Source: Ignavibacteria bacterium | Lineage (GTDB): Bacteria; Bacteroidota; Ignavibacteria; Kapaibacteriales; Kapaibacteriaceae | Assembly (NCBI GenBank): GCA_947495975.1 | Contig: CANMBE010000004.1 | Span: forward strand, 78,380-142,379 | Direction: 5' to 3' | DNA: 64,000 bases | In this document: positions 48,844 through 59,644 of the stretch, piece by piece | How the letters are laid out: the number at the start of each line of letters is the position of its first letter | Position numbering within the stretch: position 1 is the first letter of the stretch | Program-made: the position numbers and the translations under genes | Notes under the pieces: model-generated | The model's database searches: none | What the model was told of the DNA's origin: nothing | The model's input: the letters and a program-made list of their open reading frames with translations, nothing else

Positions 48844-50331
48844 ATGTCTGAATTGACCCCCGACCTTACAACTCCGGAAGAAGAACAACCGGAATCAGCA
48901 CCACTCGTACAAGAAGTACCTGAACGTGTAATCGAAGCAAGCATTGCTGCTGAGCCAGCGCAGGCAGACGCTGCGCCCGCCGCAGTTGAAGCTGCTCCTG
49001 CTGCCCCGGAACTCTCTGAAGAAGAGAAGGCCGAGCAGGCTCACAAGCGTGAGGAAGAACGCAAGCGCAAGGAAGAAGAACGCAGATTGCGTGATGAAGC
49101 CTATGTAGAGCTCGAGGGCTTTAAGTCTGCTGGCACTGCATTCGATGTTGCAATTGCTGAACGAGTGAAAGGGGGCTTACGTGGAGAGTACAAGACTCTT
49201 CGCATTTTCCTTCCTGCATCGCACTTTGGCGTTCGCAAGAATGTACCTGAAGAAGAACTGAACACACTCATTGGTCAAACTGTTCGCGTGAAGGTTCACG
49301 AGTTGCAGTCGGACGATACAGGATATAAATCAGCCGTCGTTACACGTCGCGATATTTTGCTCGAAGACTTCTGGACAGGCATTCAAGCTGGCGCTGTTTA
49401 TGATGGAGTTGTTTCATCAGTTACAACGTTTGGTGCCTTTGTTAATATCGGTGGTATTGAGGGTCTCGTGCACGTATCGCGCCTTTCAAAGACTCGCGTT
49501 GAGAATCCTGCCGATGTGGTGAAGAAGGGCGACAAACTAAAAGTGACTGTTGCTGATGTAGATCGTGAAAAGCGCAAGCTGTCATTGTCTCACAAGGAAC
49601 ATGAAGAAGACCCGTGGAAGGGTGTCAATGAAGCCTACCCAGCTGCAAAACGCATCAAAGGAATAATACGACGCATCACTGACTTTGGCGCCTACGTTCA
49701 AGTAGCCCCAAAGATTGAAGGTCTACTTCGCATCAGTGAGCTCAGTTGGACGCGCCGAGTAAAGCACCCTACTGAGGTTGTTGCCGTTGGTCAAGAGGTT
49801 GAAGTAGAAGTACTATCTGCAAACGAAGAAAAGCATCAGCTCGCACTTGGCTACAAGCAAACACTTGAAAATCCTTGGCTCATGATTACGTCAACGATGC
49901 CAATTGGGACCGAGACAACTGGCGTTGTGCAACAAGTAAGCACACAAGGTGCAGTTGTACGTATATCGGACGTGTTTGATGGCTTCATGCCCCGTTCAAA
50001 GATCATTGCAGTGGGTCGTGGAGCTGCGACAGCATTGGCCCTAGGAGACACCGTATCATGCGTCATTGTTGATGTGAACGTAGAGAACGCCTCCCTTATC
50101 CTTGCGATGAAGGGCGAAGACGGCACAATTGGTGGTCAACAACAAGATGAAGGCCGCTACAATCGAGATCAGCGCAGTGACAACCGTGGTGGCGGACGTG
50201 GCGAAGGCCGCGGTGGCGGACGTGGTGAAGGCCGCGAGCATCGCGATCCATCAGTCACAATTCCTACTGTAAGTGGCGTTACGCTCGGAGACATGCTTAA
50301 GGATGCTGAAAAGGCCTTCGTTAAGAAGTGA
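48844..50331 (+). CDS. S1 RNA-binding domain protein (four S1 repeats, Ala/Glu-rich N-terminus, RGG/GRGEGRGGG C-terminal tail)
   Basis: Four segments with 'G.V..v..fGaFV.i.g.eGL.H.S' S1 motifs, and a C-terminal 'NRGGGRGEGRGGGRGEGRE'. ATG start at 48844; a GTG at 48814 is also possible. Confidence 0.75.
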   Translation: MSELTPDLTTPEEEQPESAPLVQEVPERVIEASIAAEPAQADAAPAAVEAAPAAPELSEEEKAEQAHKREEERKRKEEERRLRDEAYVELEGFKSAGTAFDVAIAERVKGGLRGEYKTLRIFLPASHFGVRKNVPEEELNTLIGQTVRVKVHELQSDDTGYKSAVVTRRDILLEDFWTGIQAGAVYDGVVSSVTTFGAFVNIGGIEGLVHVSRLSKTRVENPADVVKKGDKLKVTVADVDREKRKLSLSHKEHEEDPWKGVNEAYPAAKRIKGIIRRITDFGAYVQVAPKIEGLLRISELSWTRRVKHPTEVVAVGQEVEVEVLSANEEKHQLALGYKQTLENPWLMITSTMPIGTETTGVVQQVSTQGAVVRISDVFDGFMPRSKIIAVGRGAATALALGDTVSCVIVDVNVENASLILAMKGEDGTIGGQQQDEGRYNRDQRSDNRGGGRGEGRGGGRGEGREHRDPSVTIPTVSGVTLGDMLKDAEKAFVKK

Positions 50332-50403
50332 TCCAACAACTACACGCAATAACATCGAAGCCGTCGTGATCACTCACGGCGGCTTCTGTATTTTTGGTTC
50401 AAC

Positions 50404-51165
50404 ATGACGCTACGCCGATTCTACATATCCGCATGCATCTTCGTTCTTACTGTCTACCTACCGTGCGCAGCTCAAGACGACGCCAGTAGCGTGGTACTGC
50501 AACCTCGCGTACTTACGCCAGCAGAATTTCTAACGTCAAAGTCAATCGGCGAAAACAGTCGAATTGCGCTGCCAGGACAAGTATCCTCCCGTTCGTCTGC
50601 CGAGCAGGACAGCACCTACGCTCAGGCTCTCGCAATGAAGATCCCTTCGTCTACACGCTTTGCGGCTTCACTCATGGAGTCATCCATAGCTCTTCGTTTT
50701 CGCGCCGAGCTGCAGCGTCAGCCGTCGATCTGGGAGCAGATCAACAACACCATGAACATCCCGCCCGAAATCCTGAAACCCTCGCCACAAGAAAGAGCGC
50801 AATATCAGTTGACCATTGCCAATGCAATGTATGTGCCCGGTGTGCTGCTGTTTCCGATGGGTACGGGAAATGCAATGATAAATCTTGGCGACATTGCACG
50901 CGTTTTTGGATTCGGCGAAGACGTAAGCCCCATTATTCGATATGTCGTAGACGAAACCATCGAGGTTGAAATCGTGGTGTATTCAACACAGGCCATGGTT
51001 ATCAAGACGGTCTTTAGTGGCATTCAAGCGCCGGGCACCTATACGATTACCTGGGATGGCCGCGAACAGAGCGGTAAAACGGCAACAACCGGCGAATACA
51101 TTGCAGAAGTCAGGCTGGGTGGAGAACGCCTCATGCGAAAGCGCATCACCTGGAAAGGGCGATGA
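50404..51165 (+). CDS. Hypothetical secreted protein with a C-terminal FlgD-Ig/T9SS-CTD-like beta-sandwich
   Basis: Signal peptide 'MTLRRFYISACIFVLTVYLPCAAQ'. C-terminus 'VEIVVYSTQAMVIKTVFSG...GTYTITWDGREQSGKTATTGEYIAEVRLGGERLMRKRITW'. Confidence 0.55.
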   Translation: MTLRRFYISACIFVLTVYLPCAAQDDASSVVLQPRVLTPAEFLTSKSIGENSRIALPGQVSSRSSAEQDSTYAQALAMKIPSSTRFAASLMESSIALRFRAELQRQPSIWEQINNTMNIPPEILKPSPQERAQYQLTIANAMYVPGVLLFPMGTGNAMINLGDIARVFGFGEDVSPIIRYVVDETIEVEIVVYSTQAMVIKTVFSGIQAPGTYTITWDGREQSGKTATTGEYIAEVRLGGERLMRKRITWKGR

Positions 51166-51219
51166 GGCAACACTCTTGCTCGTGTGGCGTCAATCCCTGC
51201 ACATTCGATTCCATGATAT

Positions 51220-54114
51220 TTGTTGTTGTCGCCTATGCATCGCTCTGCCCAACTTTTCTTCGTTCTTGCCTCGTTGCTATGTTCAACGTGTTTGTGTGCG
51301 GCTTACGAGCCAAACGTTGTACTCATCACATTGCGTGCGAACAGCACAGCCCTGCGGCAATGGCAACAAGCCGATCGTAGCGGATCCCTTCCCTTTCTCA
51401 CAGAGATTCTTGGTCAGCACGCAACCGAGCCGTATGTGCTCAACTCAACGCTTATTGCAGTTGCGCACGCTCATGCACGCAAGAATATCACTTTCAAGCA
51501 AAGACCCGCAGACCGTGCGATAGCACGCATTGCTGTGGTCCGCTACAACGCTGATATTGACCCAGCGCTTTTGGCGCGCAAGCTTTCATCACTACCTGAT
51601 GTTGAAGTTGCAGAGCCCCTTGCTCAACATCACATCGTTGAAATACCAGATGATCCTGATGTTGACCGGCAATACTACCATGACCTCGTCAAATCATTCG
51701 AGGCATGGGACAAACTTCCTACCGATAGCACAATCGTAGTTGGGATTGTTGATACAGGTATCGACACTACACACGCCGACCTCCATGCGAATGTTTGGCA
51801 CAACTCTTTGGAAACGGGGCTTGATGGCAACAATAATGACAAACGATCGAATGGGATTGATGATGACGCTAATGGATTTGTGGATGATTGGTTTGGATGG
51901 GATTTTGTTGGTGCCAATGGAACGGCAACCGATAACAGCCCTCTACCTGGACATCTTCATGGAACACACGTTGGCGGCATTGTTGCCGCGGTTGTCAATA
52001 ACGCTACCGGCGGCGCAGGCGTCGGCAAGAATATTCGAGTGATGGCAGTAAAAGTTGGGCGTGATGATCCTAACTCCATTTCAGTTGGGCGCACATCCGA
52101 TGGCATCCTCTATGCTGCTTCAATGGGTGCATCAATCATCAATTGTTCGTTTGGTAGTGCATCACCGTCATTGGCAGAGACGGCAGTTATGGAAGAAGCC
52201 ACTGCTCTTGGTGCGCTTGTTGTTGCAGCTGCCGGGAATGATGGTCTCGATATGGCGTTCTTTCCTGCAGCGTATCCTCAGGTGCTGTCAGTTGCGGCAA
52301 CAGATGAAATAGATGAAATCGCATTTTTTTCCAATACACACAACACCGTAGATGTCTGCGCGCCCGGCGTGGCGATTTACTCAACAACTCCTAACAACAC
52401 ATATCAATATTTAGACGGCACCTCAATGGCATCGCCTGTTGCAGCAGCCGTTGCAGCGATGGTACGATTGAAGAATCCTACATATACCTCTGCCGAAACC
52501 AAGGCAACGGTTATGTCTACATGTGATAATATCGACTCAGCAAATGCCGTGTTTCTTGGTCGGTACGGCATAGGACGCGTCAATGCGCTCTCAGCCGTTT
52601 CGGCAACAGATCCCAAATGGGTTACTGTTTCGCGTGCAACGTTTGTTGACAGCGACGGAGATTCATTCTTTGAGCCGGGAGACAGACTACGTCTTACGCT
52701 TGAACTTCGAAACGAACTTGCTGCGCTAGGAAATGCATACATTAAAATTACAAACGCACCCGCAGCATTTGCCTCTTCACTTATCAACGACTCTATTGTT
52801 GTCGGTCAAATGGCGCGAGGTGAGATTCGTACACTCAGCGAGGAAATCAACATTGATCTGCCACTCGAATTGCCGTTCAACGGCGAGGTGCGGCTGTTGG
52901 TTCAGATTTTTGACAGCTCTCGATTTGTTAGCCGCGGGATTGTAGCTGCCATTGTAAACACAACATTTCGAACACTCGCCGTCAACGACGTTACAACCAC
53001 CGTGAACTCTGTGGGCAACGTTGGCTTCAATGATTATCCTTCAAACGTGCAAGGAGTTGGGCTCACATATAAGGGTGGACCAAATCTACTTTTTGAGGGG
53101 GCTCTGATGATTGGCGTTCAACCTCTCAATCTTCCGAATGTTGCTCGCAACGCTACATCCGATTCCAAGGACACGTTATTTCATGCAATACGCGTAACTG
53201 AGATTCGCACAGATAGCGTGCCATCAGGCGCGCGAGTTACAACATCCTTCTCCGATATCTTTGACCCCTTTTCTATTGGTATAGATGTAACAGAGAACAC
53301 ATATGCTCTCACTGCTGATTCAGTTCGAAACACAATTATTGTTTCTTTAGACATCTACAATCGTGTTGATACGACTATTCGCGATCTCTATGTCTCTCAA
53401 TTCTACGATTTTGATATTGGCCCCTCAGGTGCAAGCAATGGATGTGCTTGGATGCCAAAGGAAGGTCTAGGGCTCTTTCAGAATACTGTGCAACCAGAAC
53501 TTCCACTCGTTGGAATCGCAATGATTTCTCCCATTGCGTTAAATTTTTATGCGTTAGATAATGACGGCGATGTATTGTCACCAAGTATCTATGATAATTT
53601 TTTGCGCGCCGAAAAATGGCTTACAATGTCTAACGGAATTGGACGGAGAAATTCTCGCGTTACAGATGCTTCTGCTGTGATCGGAGCAGGACCTTTTTCA
53701 CTTGCTCCCGGTGAGCGCCAACAGGTTTGCTTTGTAGTAGCTGCAGGCGAATCATATGCTTTGCTGACGAAGGGAGTCAACTCTGCGCGTGGAGCAGCTC
53801 GGGATATGGGACTCAATGCCATTCTATATTCAGAACTCCCCTCCGAAGACAAGGTCATTTACCTAGAGGGCTCACCGCTTATAACATCGGGCACTCATAA
53901 TATCAAGTTCATAGTTGGCTCAAAAACTGCCGTCTACATCACCATGATAGATATTCTTGGCAGCACCATCGCAACAGTTCTTGATGACCGAGAGGTATTT
54001 GCGGGTACGCATACACGAACAATATCTATTCCGAACGTGGCCCAAGGGACCTACTTCCTGCGCATGACCACATATGCTTCGTCTACTCTGTTTGCTTTTG
54101 GCATGATTAACTAA
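51220..54114 (+). CDS. Subtilisin-family (S8) serine peptidase with a T9SS C-terminal sorting domain
   Basis: Catalytic triad segments 'VGIVDTGID', 'HGTHVGGIVAA' and 'GTSMASPVAAAVAAMV'. Signal peptide. C-terminal '...GTYFLRMTTYASSTLFAFGMIN'. Confidence 0.88.
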   Translation: MLLSPMHRSAQLFFVLASLLCSTCLCAAYEPNVVLITLRANSTALRQWQQADRSGSLPFLTEILGQHATEPYVLNSTLIAVAHAHARKNITFKQRPADRAIARIAVVRYNADIDPALLARKLSSLPDVEVAEPLAQHHIVEIPDDPDVDRQYYHDLVKSFEAWDKLPTDSTIVVGIVDTGIDTTHADLHANVWHNSLETGLDGNNNDKRSNGIDDDANGFVDDWFGWDFVGANGTATDNSPLPGHLHGTHVGGIVAAVVNNATGGAGVGKNIRVMAVKVGRDDPNSISVGRTSDGILYAASMGASIINCSFGSASPSLAETAVMEEATALGALVVAAAGNDGLDMAFFPAAYPQVLSVAATDEIDEIAFFSNTHNTVDVCAPGVAIYSTTPNNTYQYLDGTSMASPVAAAVAAMVRLKNPTYTSAETKATVMSTCDNIDSANAVFLGRYGIGRVNALSAVSATDPKWVTVSRATFVDSDGDSFFEPGDRLRLTLELRNELAALGNAYIKITNAPAAFASSLINDSIVVGQMARGEIRTLSEEINIDLPLELPFNGEVRLLVQIFDSSRFVSRGIVAAIVNTTFRTLAVNDVTTTVNSVGNVGFNDYPSNVQGVGLTYKGGPNLLFEGALMIGVQPLNLPNVARNATSDSKDTLFHAIRVTEIRTDSVPSGARVTTSFSDIFDPFSIGIDVTENTYALTADSVRNTIIVSLDIYNRVDTTIRDLYVSQFYDFDIGPSGASNGCAWMPKEGLGLFQNTVQPELPLVGIAMISPIALNFYALDNDGDVLSPSIYDNFLRAEKWLTMSNGIGRRNSRVTDASAVIGAGPFSLAPGERQQVCFVVAAGESYALLTKGVNSARGAARDMGLNAILYSELPSEDKVIYLEGSPLITSGTHNIKFIVGSKTAVYITMIDILGSTIATVLDDREVFAGTHTRTISIPNVAQGTYFLRMTTYASSTLFAFGMIN

Positions 54115-55528
54115 GATGCTTTTTTGTGAGTACACCAACAGCTTCTACGTGAAACGTTTGTGGGAACATGTCTACTGGCGTTATTGATTCAACGGAATAC
54201 ATTTCTGCAAGCATTGCACAGTCTCGCGCCATCGTTGCCGGGTTGCAGCTCACGTAGACAATCCGATCTGCACAAACCGCTAACAAATGACTGACAACTT
54301 GTTCATGCATACCATTGCGTGGCGGATCAATAATGACCACATCTGGTTTGGGAAGACCCGCCAAAACGGCCTGCGCTGAGAGGTGATGTAGATCCACCGC
54401 GTGGAACTCAACATTTGTTATTCCATTACGTTCTGCATTCGCCTTTGCATCTGCAATCGACCCAGCAGACAATTCCGCGCCTACAACGAGACGCGCCAAT
54501 TTAGCGGCCGGGAGCGTTAGCGTTCCTGTGCCACAATACAAATCCCATACAACGTCGTTTTCGCCAATGCGAGCCCCTTGCATAGCCTCATTTACAAGTG
54601 CAGGAAGATGATGGGTATTTGTTTGGAAAAATGAGAACGGAGAGATGCGATATGTGATGCCGTGTGAAATCTCATCGAGGTAACCAGGGCCGATGCACTG
54701 CTGTATCTCGCCCACTGCTACTGGTGAATGAGAATCTGCAACAGCGTGGATCATCGATGAACCTTCAGGCAAGGTGCTATGCAACGAAAGCCACTCATCG
54801 ATACATGCTGTATGCTTTTTCTCTGTAGGCGTTGTTGTAATGAGCACCGACATGACAGTACCCATAGCTGCACTGGTGCGTACTACGAGATGACGCGCAA
54901 AGCCACTATGCAACCGTTGATGATAGGCCGTAATGCCATGTTGCTTCACACAAGCGTGCGTGTGTGCCAACACAACATTTCCAACATCCGATTGGAGGAG
55001 ACAATGATCTACATTGCGCACCTTGTCGAAGCGCCCTGGAACGTGAAGTCCAAGCGCAAAACTTGTGTCAAACTCAACTCCACTTTCTATCTCATCTCTT
55101 GTGAGCCACTGGGATCCTCCAAATGAGAACTCCATTTTGTTGCGATAGTTGTATGCAAGTGGTGATACAAGTGTTGGGTTTACCTGACCAACCGGAATTT
55201 GTGCCAATCGTTCAAACGCATCAATTACATGCTGCCTCTTCCACGTAGCCTGATCGGCATAGATCAAGTGTTGCCATTTACATCCACCACATGTGCCGAA
55301 ATGTGGGCACGGGGCTTTTACTCGCGAAGGAGATGCAATAAGGATCTCAATTGCTTCGGCCTGTTTGAACTTCTTCTTGGAACCCGTAATTCTAGCTCGT
55401 ACAGTTTCTCCTGGAAGCGCCCCTGCAACAAAGTGTACAAGGTTGTCTATTCGGCCAACCGATACACCCTCAAATCCAATTGAATCTACACTGATCTCTA
55501 TCTCTTCTACCGGTCTATGGTTGCGCAT
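54107..55528 (-). CDS. rlmD: 23S rRNA (uracil-C5)-methyltransferase RlmD/RumA family (TRAM + [4Fe-4S] + SAM-dependent methyltransferase)
   Basis: N-terminal TRAM segment, 'CPHFGTCGGCKWQH' cluster motif, and 'DLYCGTGTLTL' SAM-binding motif. Confidence 0.85.
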   Translation of the reverse strand: MRNHRPVEEIEISVDSIGFEGVSVGRIDNLVHFVAGALPGETVRARITGSKKKFKQAEAIEILIASPSRVKAPCPHFGTCGGCKWQHLIYADQATWKRQHVIDAFERLAQIPVGQVNPTLVSPLAYNYRNKMEFSFGGSQWLTRDEIESGVEFDTSFALGLHVPGRFDKVRNVDHCLLQSDVGNVVLAHTHACVKQHGITAYHQRLHSGFARHLVVRTSAAMGTVMSVLITTTPTEKKHTACIDEWLSLHSTLPEGSSMIHAVADSHSPVAVGEIQQCIGPGYLDEISHGITYRISPFSFFQTNTHHLPALVNEAMQGARIGENDVVWDLYCGTGTLTLPAAKLARLVVGAELSAGSIADAKANAERNGITNVEFHAVDLHHLSAQAVLAGLPKPDVVIIDPPRNGMHEQVVSHLLAVCADRIVYVSCNPATMARDCAMLAEMYSVESITPVDMFPQTFHVEAVGVLTKKHLS

Positions 55529-55594
55529 GCCCTACCGTTGGTATGTTTGAACGCACAAAGTTAACGGTCATATCCCTCACTTGGACTTTTTACC

Positions 55595-56623
55595 ATGATC
55601 GACATCCGCCTCTATCAGAATAACACGATGGAGATCGTGCCCCTTGAGGGCCTCGTGCAGCTCGGTCCGGAGCAGATTAGCGAAGGAAGTATGATATGGG
55701 TAGACATGGAAAACCCTACACAAGAAGAAGAGCAAGCAGTGCTGTTGAGGTGGTTTCCGGTCCACGAACTTGTGCTATCAGACATGAAGAAGGCCATTGC
55801 ATCAGCAGGCGATGATGATAGCTTTCACCACCCCAAAGTTGACGATTTTGGTTCATACCTGTATGTGATCATGCATGCCTTAGTTGAACCTGAACCAAAG
55901 GCTACCGATGCTACTTCATATCTGCGAGGCATAACTGAGGCACAGCTCAATATCCTCATTTCAAATAATATCCTCATCACGCATCACGCTGGGCGAATAG
56001 ATGGCACCAGAGCATTACGTGATTCCTGTTCGCGCAATTGCCATATCATGCAGCGCGGGCCTGACTACATGCTGCACCTTTTGCTCGATGACCTGGTTGA
56101 TGGCTACGTTCCATTAGTCTCAGTCTTTGAGGAGAGAGTTGAAGAACTCGAGCACCTTGTATTCAAGTCTCCGGGGAACCTCACACTCATGCGCATCTTA
56201 GAAATGAAGCGTCTGTTGCAAAAGGTGAGACGAGATGTTGTTTACCAACGAGAGATCGTCAATCGGCTAGCACGTGGCGAGTTTGCGCTTATTTCGCCTA
56301 CTGAGTCCATGTATTACCGTAATGTCTATGACCATCTCGTGCGAATCTCTGACCAAGTAGACACGTGTAGAGAACTTGTCTTGTCGATCATGGATGCGTA
56401 TTTCTCTGTGAACTCTGCAAATCTGAATACGGTGATGAAGGTTCTGACGGTAATCAGTACAATCTTTCTCCCAATTACATTCATCACTAGTTTCTACGGA
56501 ATGAATTTTGAGTTTATGTCTGAGCTGCACACACCTTGGGGATATCCTGCTGTAATTAGTCTTATTATTATTGTAGCGGCTATTATGTTCATAAGCTTCC
56601 GACGAAGAGGTTGGCTTGAATAA
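55595..56623 (+). CDS. corA: CorA-family magnesium/cobalt transporter
   Basis: 'YGMNF' GMN motif before the two C-terminal TM helices. Confidence 0.85.
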   Translation: MIDIRLYQNNTMEIVPLEGLVQLGPEQISEGSMIWVDMENPTQEEEQAVLLRWFPVHELVLSDMKKAIASAGDDDSFHHPKVDDFGSYLYVIMHALVEPEPKATDATSYLRGITEAQLNILISNNILITHHAGRIDGTRALRDSCSRNCHIMQRGPDYMLHLLLDDLVDGYVPLVSVFEERVEELEHLVFKSPGNLTLMRILEMKRLLQKVRRDVVYQREIVNRLARGEFALISPTESMYYRNVYDHLVRISDQVDTCRELVLSIMDAYFSVNSANLNTVMKVLTVISTIFLPITFITSFYGMNFEFMSELHTPWGYPAVISLIIIVAAIMFISFRRRGWLE

Positions 56624-57755
56624 TTTGTCGTGTCGCTCTCTGCTATTGTTTCTTCTAGGTTTTAGTCTGTCTCCGTTACAGACAGCCACTGCGCAAGAGC
56701 CTGTTGAGATTACAATGGTCCGCGCAACACCAACACTGACTGGCACAGACGTGCGCATTCGTGGGACTCGAACAATCACCACATTTCAGCGTCTTGAACG
56801 CACCAAAGAAGGCTTCATACTTCGTATGCCGCAAGCTCTCCTTGGTATTGCTGCGCTTGATAGCACGGTTACCAAGAGCCCCTTATCATGCAAGGTGGAA
56901 AGGATTCGAGACATCCTCGTGTTACGATTTATGTGCTCGCCGTCAGATAGTGTGATTGTTGCCAGAGATGGCCAACGAGATCTTGTATGCTCCATTCGCA
57001 CAACGAATACAACGAGCGAAAAGTCGGAAAAGAAAACTGATGACAAATGGTTGCTCGATGTGATTGTCATTGACGCTGGTCACGGCGGCCAAGATGTTGG
57101 CGCCGAGGGTGTGAACGGGACGTATGAAAAGGATGTCACTCTCTCCATAGCAAAACGCTTGCGCGACTTTATACGGGAAGACTTTCCCAGCACAAAGGTT
57201 GTGATGACGAGAGACGCCGACGTTTTTATTGAACTCTATAAGCGGACACAGATTGCAAATGAGGCCGGGGGCAAGCTCTTCGTGAGCATCCATTGCAACA
57301 GCATGCCGCTGAAGCCACATCCAGCTCATGGCTGCGAGACCTATATATTGCGTCCAGGCCGCAATGATGATGCTGCCCGCGTTGCTGCTCTAGAGAACGC
57401 ATCTGTCAAGTTTGAGAAGTCAACGTCGAGGTATCAAGGCATGACGGCAGATCAAATCATCATTGCAACAATGGCGCAGAGAAGTTTTGTTCGTCTCAGT
57501 GAAACGTTTGCTTCAACTATCCAGCGCGAAGTGACTGCCGAAACACCACTAACGAACCGGGGAGTGAGTCAGGCTGGATTCTACGTGCTCGTTGGCGCTT
57601 CAATGCCGAATGTACTGGTGGAGACTGGCTTTTTATCAAACGTGGCCGATGCGGAGTATCTTGCTTCCACAAAGGGACAAAAATCACTTGCTCGCTCATT
57701 GGCGAATGCTATTAAGCTGTATGCCTCCGCATATCAACGATCGATGTCACACTGA
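56616..57755 (+). CDS. N-acetylmuramoyl-L-alanine amidase (Amidase_3, AmiC-like)
   Basis: 'VIVIDAGHGGQDVGA' and 'SIHCNS' zinc-ligand motifs. N-terminal signal peptide. Confidence 0.82.
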   Translation: MNNLSCRSLLLFLLGFSLSPLQTATAQEPVEITMVRATPTLTGTDVRIRGTRTITTFQRLERTKEGFILRMPQALLGIAALDSTVTKSPLSCKVERIRDILVLRFMCSPSDSVIVARDGQRDLVCSIRTTNTTSEKSEKKTDDKWLLDVIVIDAGHGGQDVGAEGVNGTYEKDVTLSIAKRLRDFIREDFPSTKVVMTRDADVFIELYKRTQIANEAGGKLFVSIHCNSMPLKPHPAHGCETYILRPGRNDDAARVAALENASVKFEKSTSRYQGMTADQIIIATMAQRSFVRLSETFASTIQREVTAETPLTNRGVSQAGFYVLVGASMPNVLVETGFLSNVADAEYLASTKGQKSLARSLANAIKLYASAYQRSMSH

Positions 57756-57760
57756 ACACA

Positions 57761-59620
57761 ATGTATTTACGTCAAACGGCCATCGTGTCACAACCAAGCG
57801 ATTATACAGTTCGACAACTCGTGAAGAAGATCTTTCCATTCGTGAAACCGTTTTGGAAACTCATTGTCTTCTCCACTATTGCCAACTTGCTCTTCTCAGG
57901 TGCGAATGCACTTGTACTTGCCATTGTAGAGCCCGTGTTTCGCACGCTCTTTGATGGCACAACACCAACGATTGCTGCCAATCCGATAGTTTCAGCAGGT
58001 CTAAAGGCTCAGTTTGACGGAGTTGTTTCGTCAATCATCGTTGCACAAGACTACTACGACTCCATTCGTAACATTAGCATTGTGATCTTCGTGCTCTTTG
58101 TGATACGCGGAATGATGAAGTACCTTGGTAACATCATTTCTACGCGCCTCGAAGAGGGCATTATGAAGAGAATTAGAGACACACTCTTCACGCACGTCAC
58201 GGAACAATCAATCGACTTCTTCTCTCGACGCAAGTCGGGAGATATTATATCGCTTCTTACCAATGATGTGGGCGTACTCAACCATGCAACGGTAAACTCA
58301 GTTACAACGCTTTGGCGCGAAGCTTCAACACTTGTCATCTTTGTTGTTCTGCTGCTGCTGATAAGTGTCAAGCTCACGGTAATATCTGTAGGCATTGCGC
58401 TTGCCGGCATGATTCTTATCCGATCCTTCACTCGCATGCTTCGCACGTATGGTAGCCGTCTACAGGCGGCGCAGGCAGACTACACGTCAACGCTGCAAGA
58501 GACCATCCTTGGCATTCGCGTTGTAAAGGGCATGGGCGTTGAGCCACACGTTGTAAAACGATTCACGAGTCAGACAGCTTCTTATGTGCAGCGCGCACTT
58601 CGCAATACACGCGTTATGGGGCTTATCCCCGTGGTCAATGATTCATTTGGCATACTTGCACTCGTCTGTGTCTTCTATGTTGGCGGAGTTGAGCGAGCCA
58701 ATGGCGCAATTACTCCATCCAACCTTGTGACGTTCTTGTTTGTCCTGTTTGGTTTAATGCAACCTATTGGGGTGATTGCAAACACTCTTGCACAGATGCA
58801 GCGCGGCATTGCCGCAGGTGCAAACGTTGCTGTTGTGCTTGACGAACAGCCACTGATCATATCTGGCGAACGCAGTGTTGAGCCCCTTGCCCCACAGATT
58901 TCAATGCGTAACGTTAGCTTTACCTACGGAGCACACGATGTGTTGTCAGACGTGTCATTTACGATACACAAAGGAGAGACCGTTGCGCTTGTTGGATCAT
59001 CAGGCAGTGGCAAGTCTACGATTCTTGACCTTCTTTTGCGTTTCTACGATCCACAATCTGGACATATTGAGCTAGATGGTGTTGATGTTCGAACATTGGA
59101 TCTACAATCGTACCGACATCTTTTTGGTGTTGTTTCTCAAGAGACAATTCTCTTTAACGATTCCGTTAGCAACAATATTAGTCTTGGCGATGAAAATGCA
59201 GACGAGGCACGAGTTAAGCGCGTTGCCACAATTGCCCATGCGCACGAGTTTATCTCATCAATGAAGAGCGGCTATGAGACTGAGGTCGGAGATCGTGGGA
59301 TGCGCTTATCGGGTGGACAACGCCAGCGTATCGCTATTGCTCGTGCACTTTACCGAGAACCACAGATTCTCCTGTTTGATGAAGCTACCTCTGCACTTGA
59401 CACTGAATCTGAACGTATGGTTCAGGAAGCAATTGATGATGTGTTGACCAATAGAACTGCGGTGATTGTTGCTCACAGGCTTTCAACAATCGTCAATGCT
59501 GATCGCATTATTGTCTTTGACAAAGGGAAAATTGCTGAAGAAGGCACACATGCCCAGCTTCTTGCGCACGGCGGAGTCTATGCTCGTCTTCATTCACTCC
59601 AGTTTGCAAGCGCTACGTAA
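57761..59620 (+). CDS. ABC transporter, fused permease/ATP-binding (MsbA-like exporter)
   Basis: Six-TM N-terminal domain, Walker A 'GSSGSGKST', signature 'LSGGQRQR' and Walker B 'ILLFDEATSALD'. Confidence 0.88.
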   Translation: MYLRQTAIVSQPSDYTVRQLVKKIFPFVKPFWKLIVFSTIANLLFSGANALVLAIVEPVFRTLFDGTTPTIAANPIVSAGLKAQFDGVVSSIIVAQDYYDSIRNISIVIFVLFVIRGMMKYLGNIISTRLEEGIMKRIRDTLFTHVTEQSIDFFSRRKSGDIISLLTNDVGVLNHATVNSVTTLWREASTLVIFVVLLLLISVKLTVISVGIALAGMILIRSFTRMLRTYGSRLQAAQADYTSTLQETILGIRVVKGMGVEPHVVKRFTSQTASYVQRALRNTRVMGLIPVVNDSFGILALVCVFYVGGVERANGAITPSNLVTFLFVLFGLMQPIGVIANTLAQMQRGIAAGANVAVVLDEQPLIISGERSVEPLAPQISMRNVSFTYGAHDVLSDVSFTIHKGETVALVGSSGSGKSTILDLLLRFYDPQSGHIELDGVDVRTLDLQSYRHLFGVVSQETILFNDSVSNNISLGDENADEARVKRVATIAHAHEFISSMKSGYETEVGDRGMRLSGGQRQRIAIARALYREPQILLFDEATSALDTESERMVQEAIDDVLTNRTAVIVAHRLSTIVNADRIIVFDKGKIAEEGTHAQLLAHGGVYARLHSLQFASAT

Positions 59621-59644
59621 CAGCTACTCACTCACGACGCAAGT

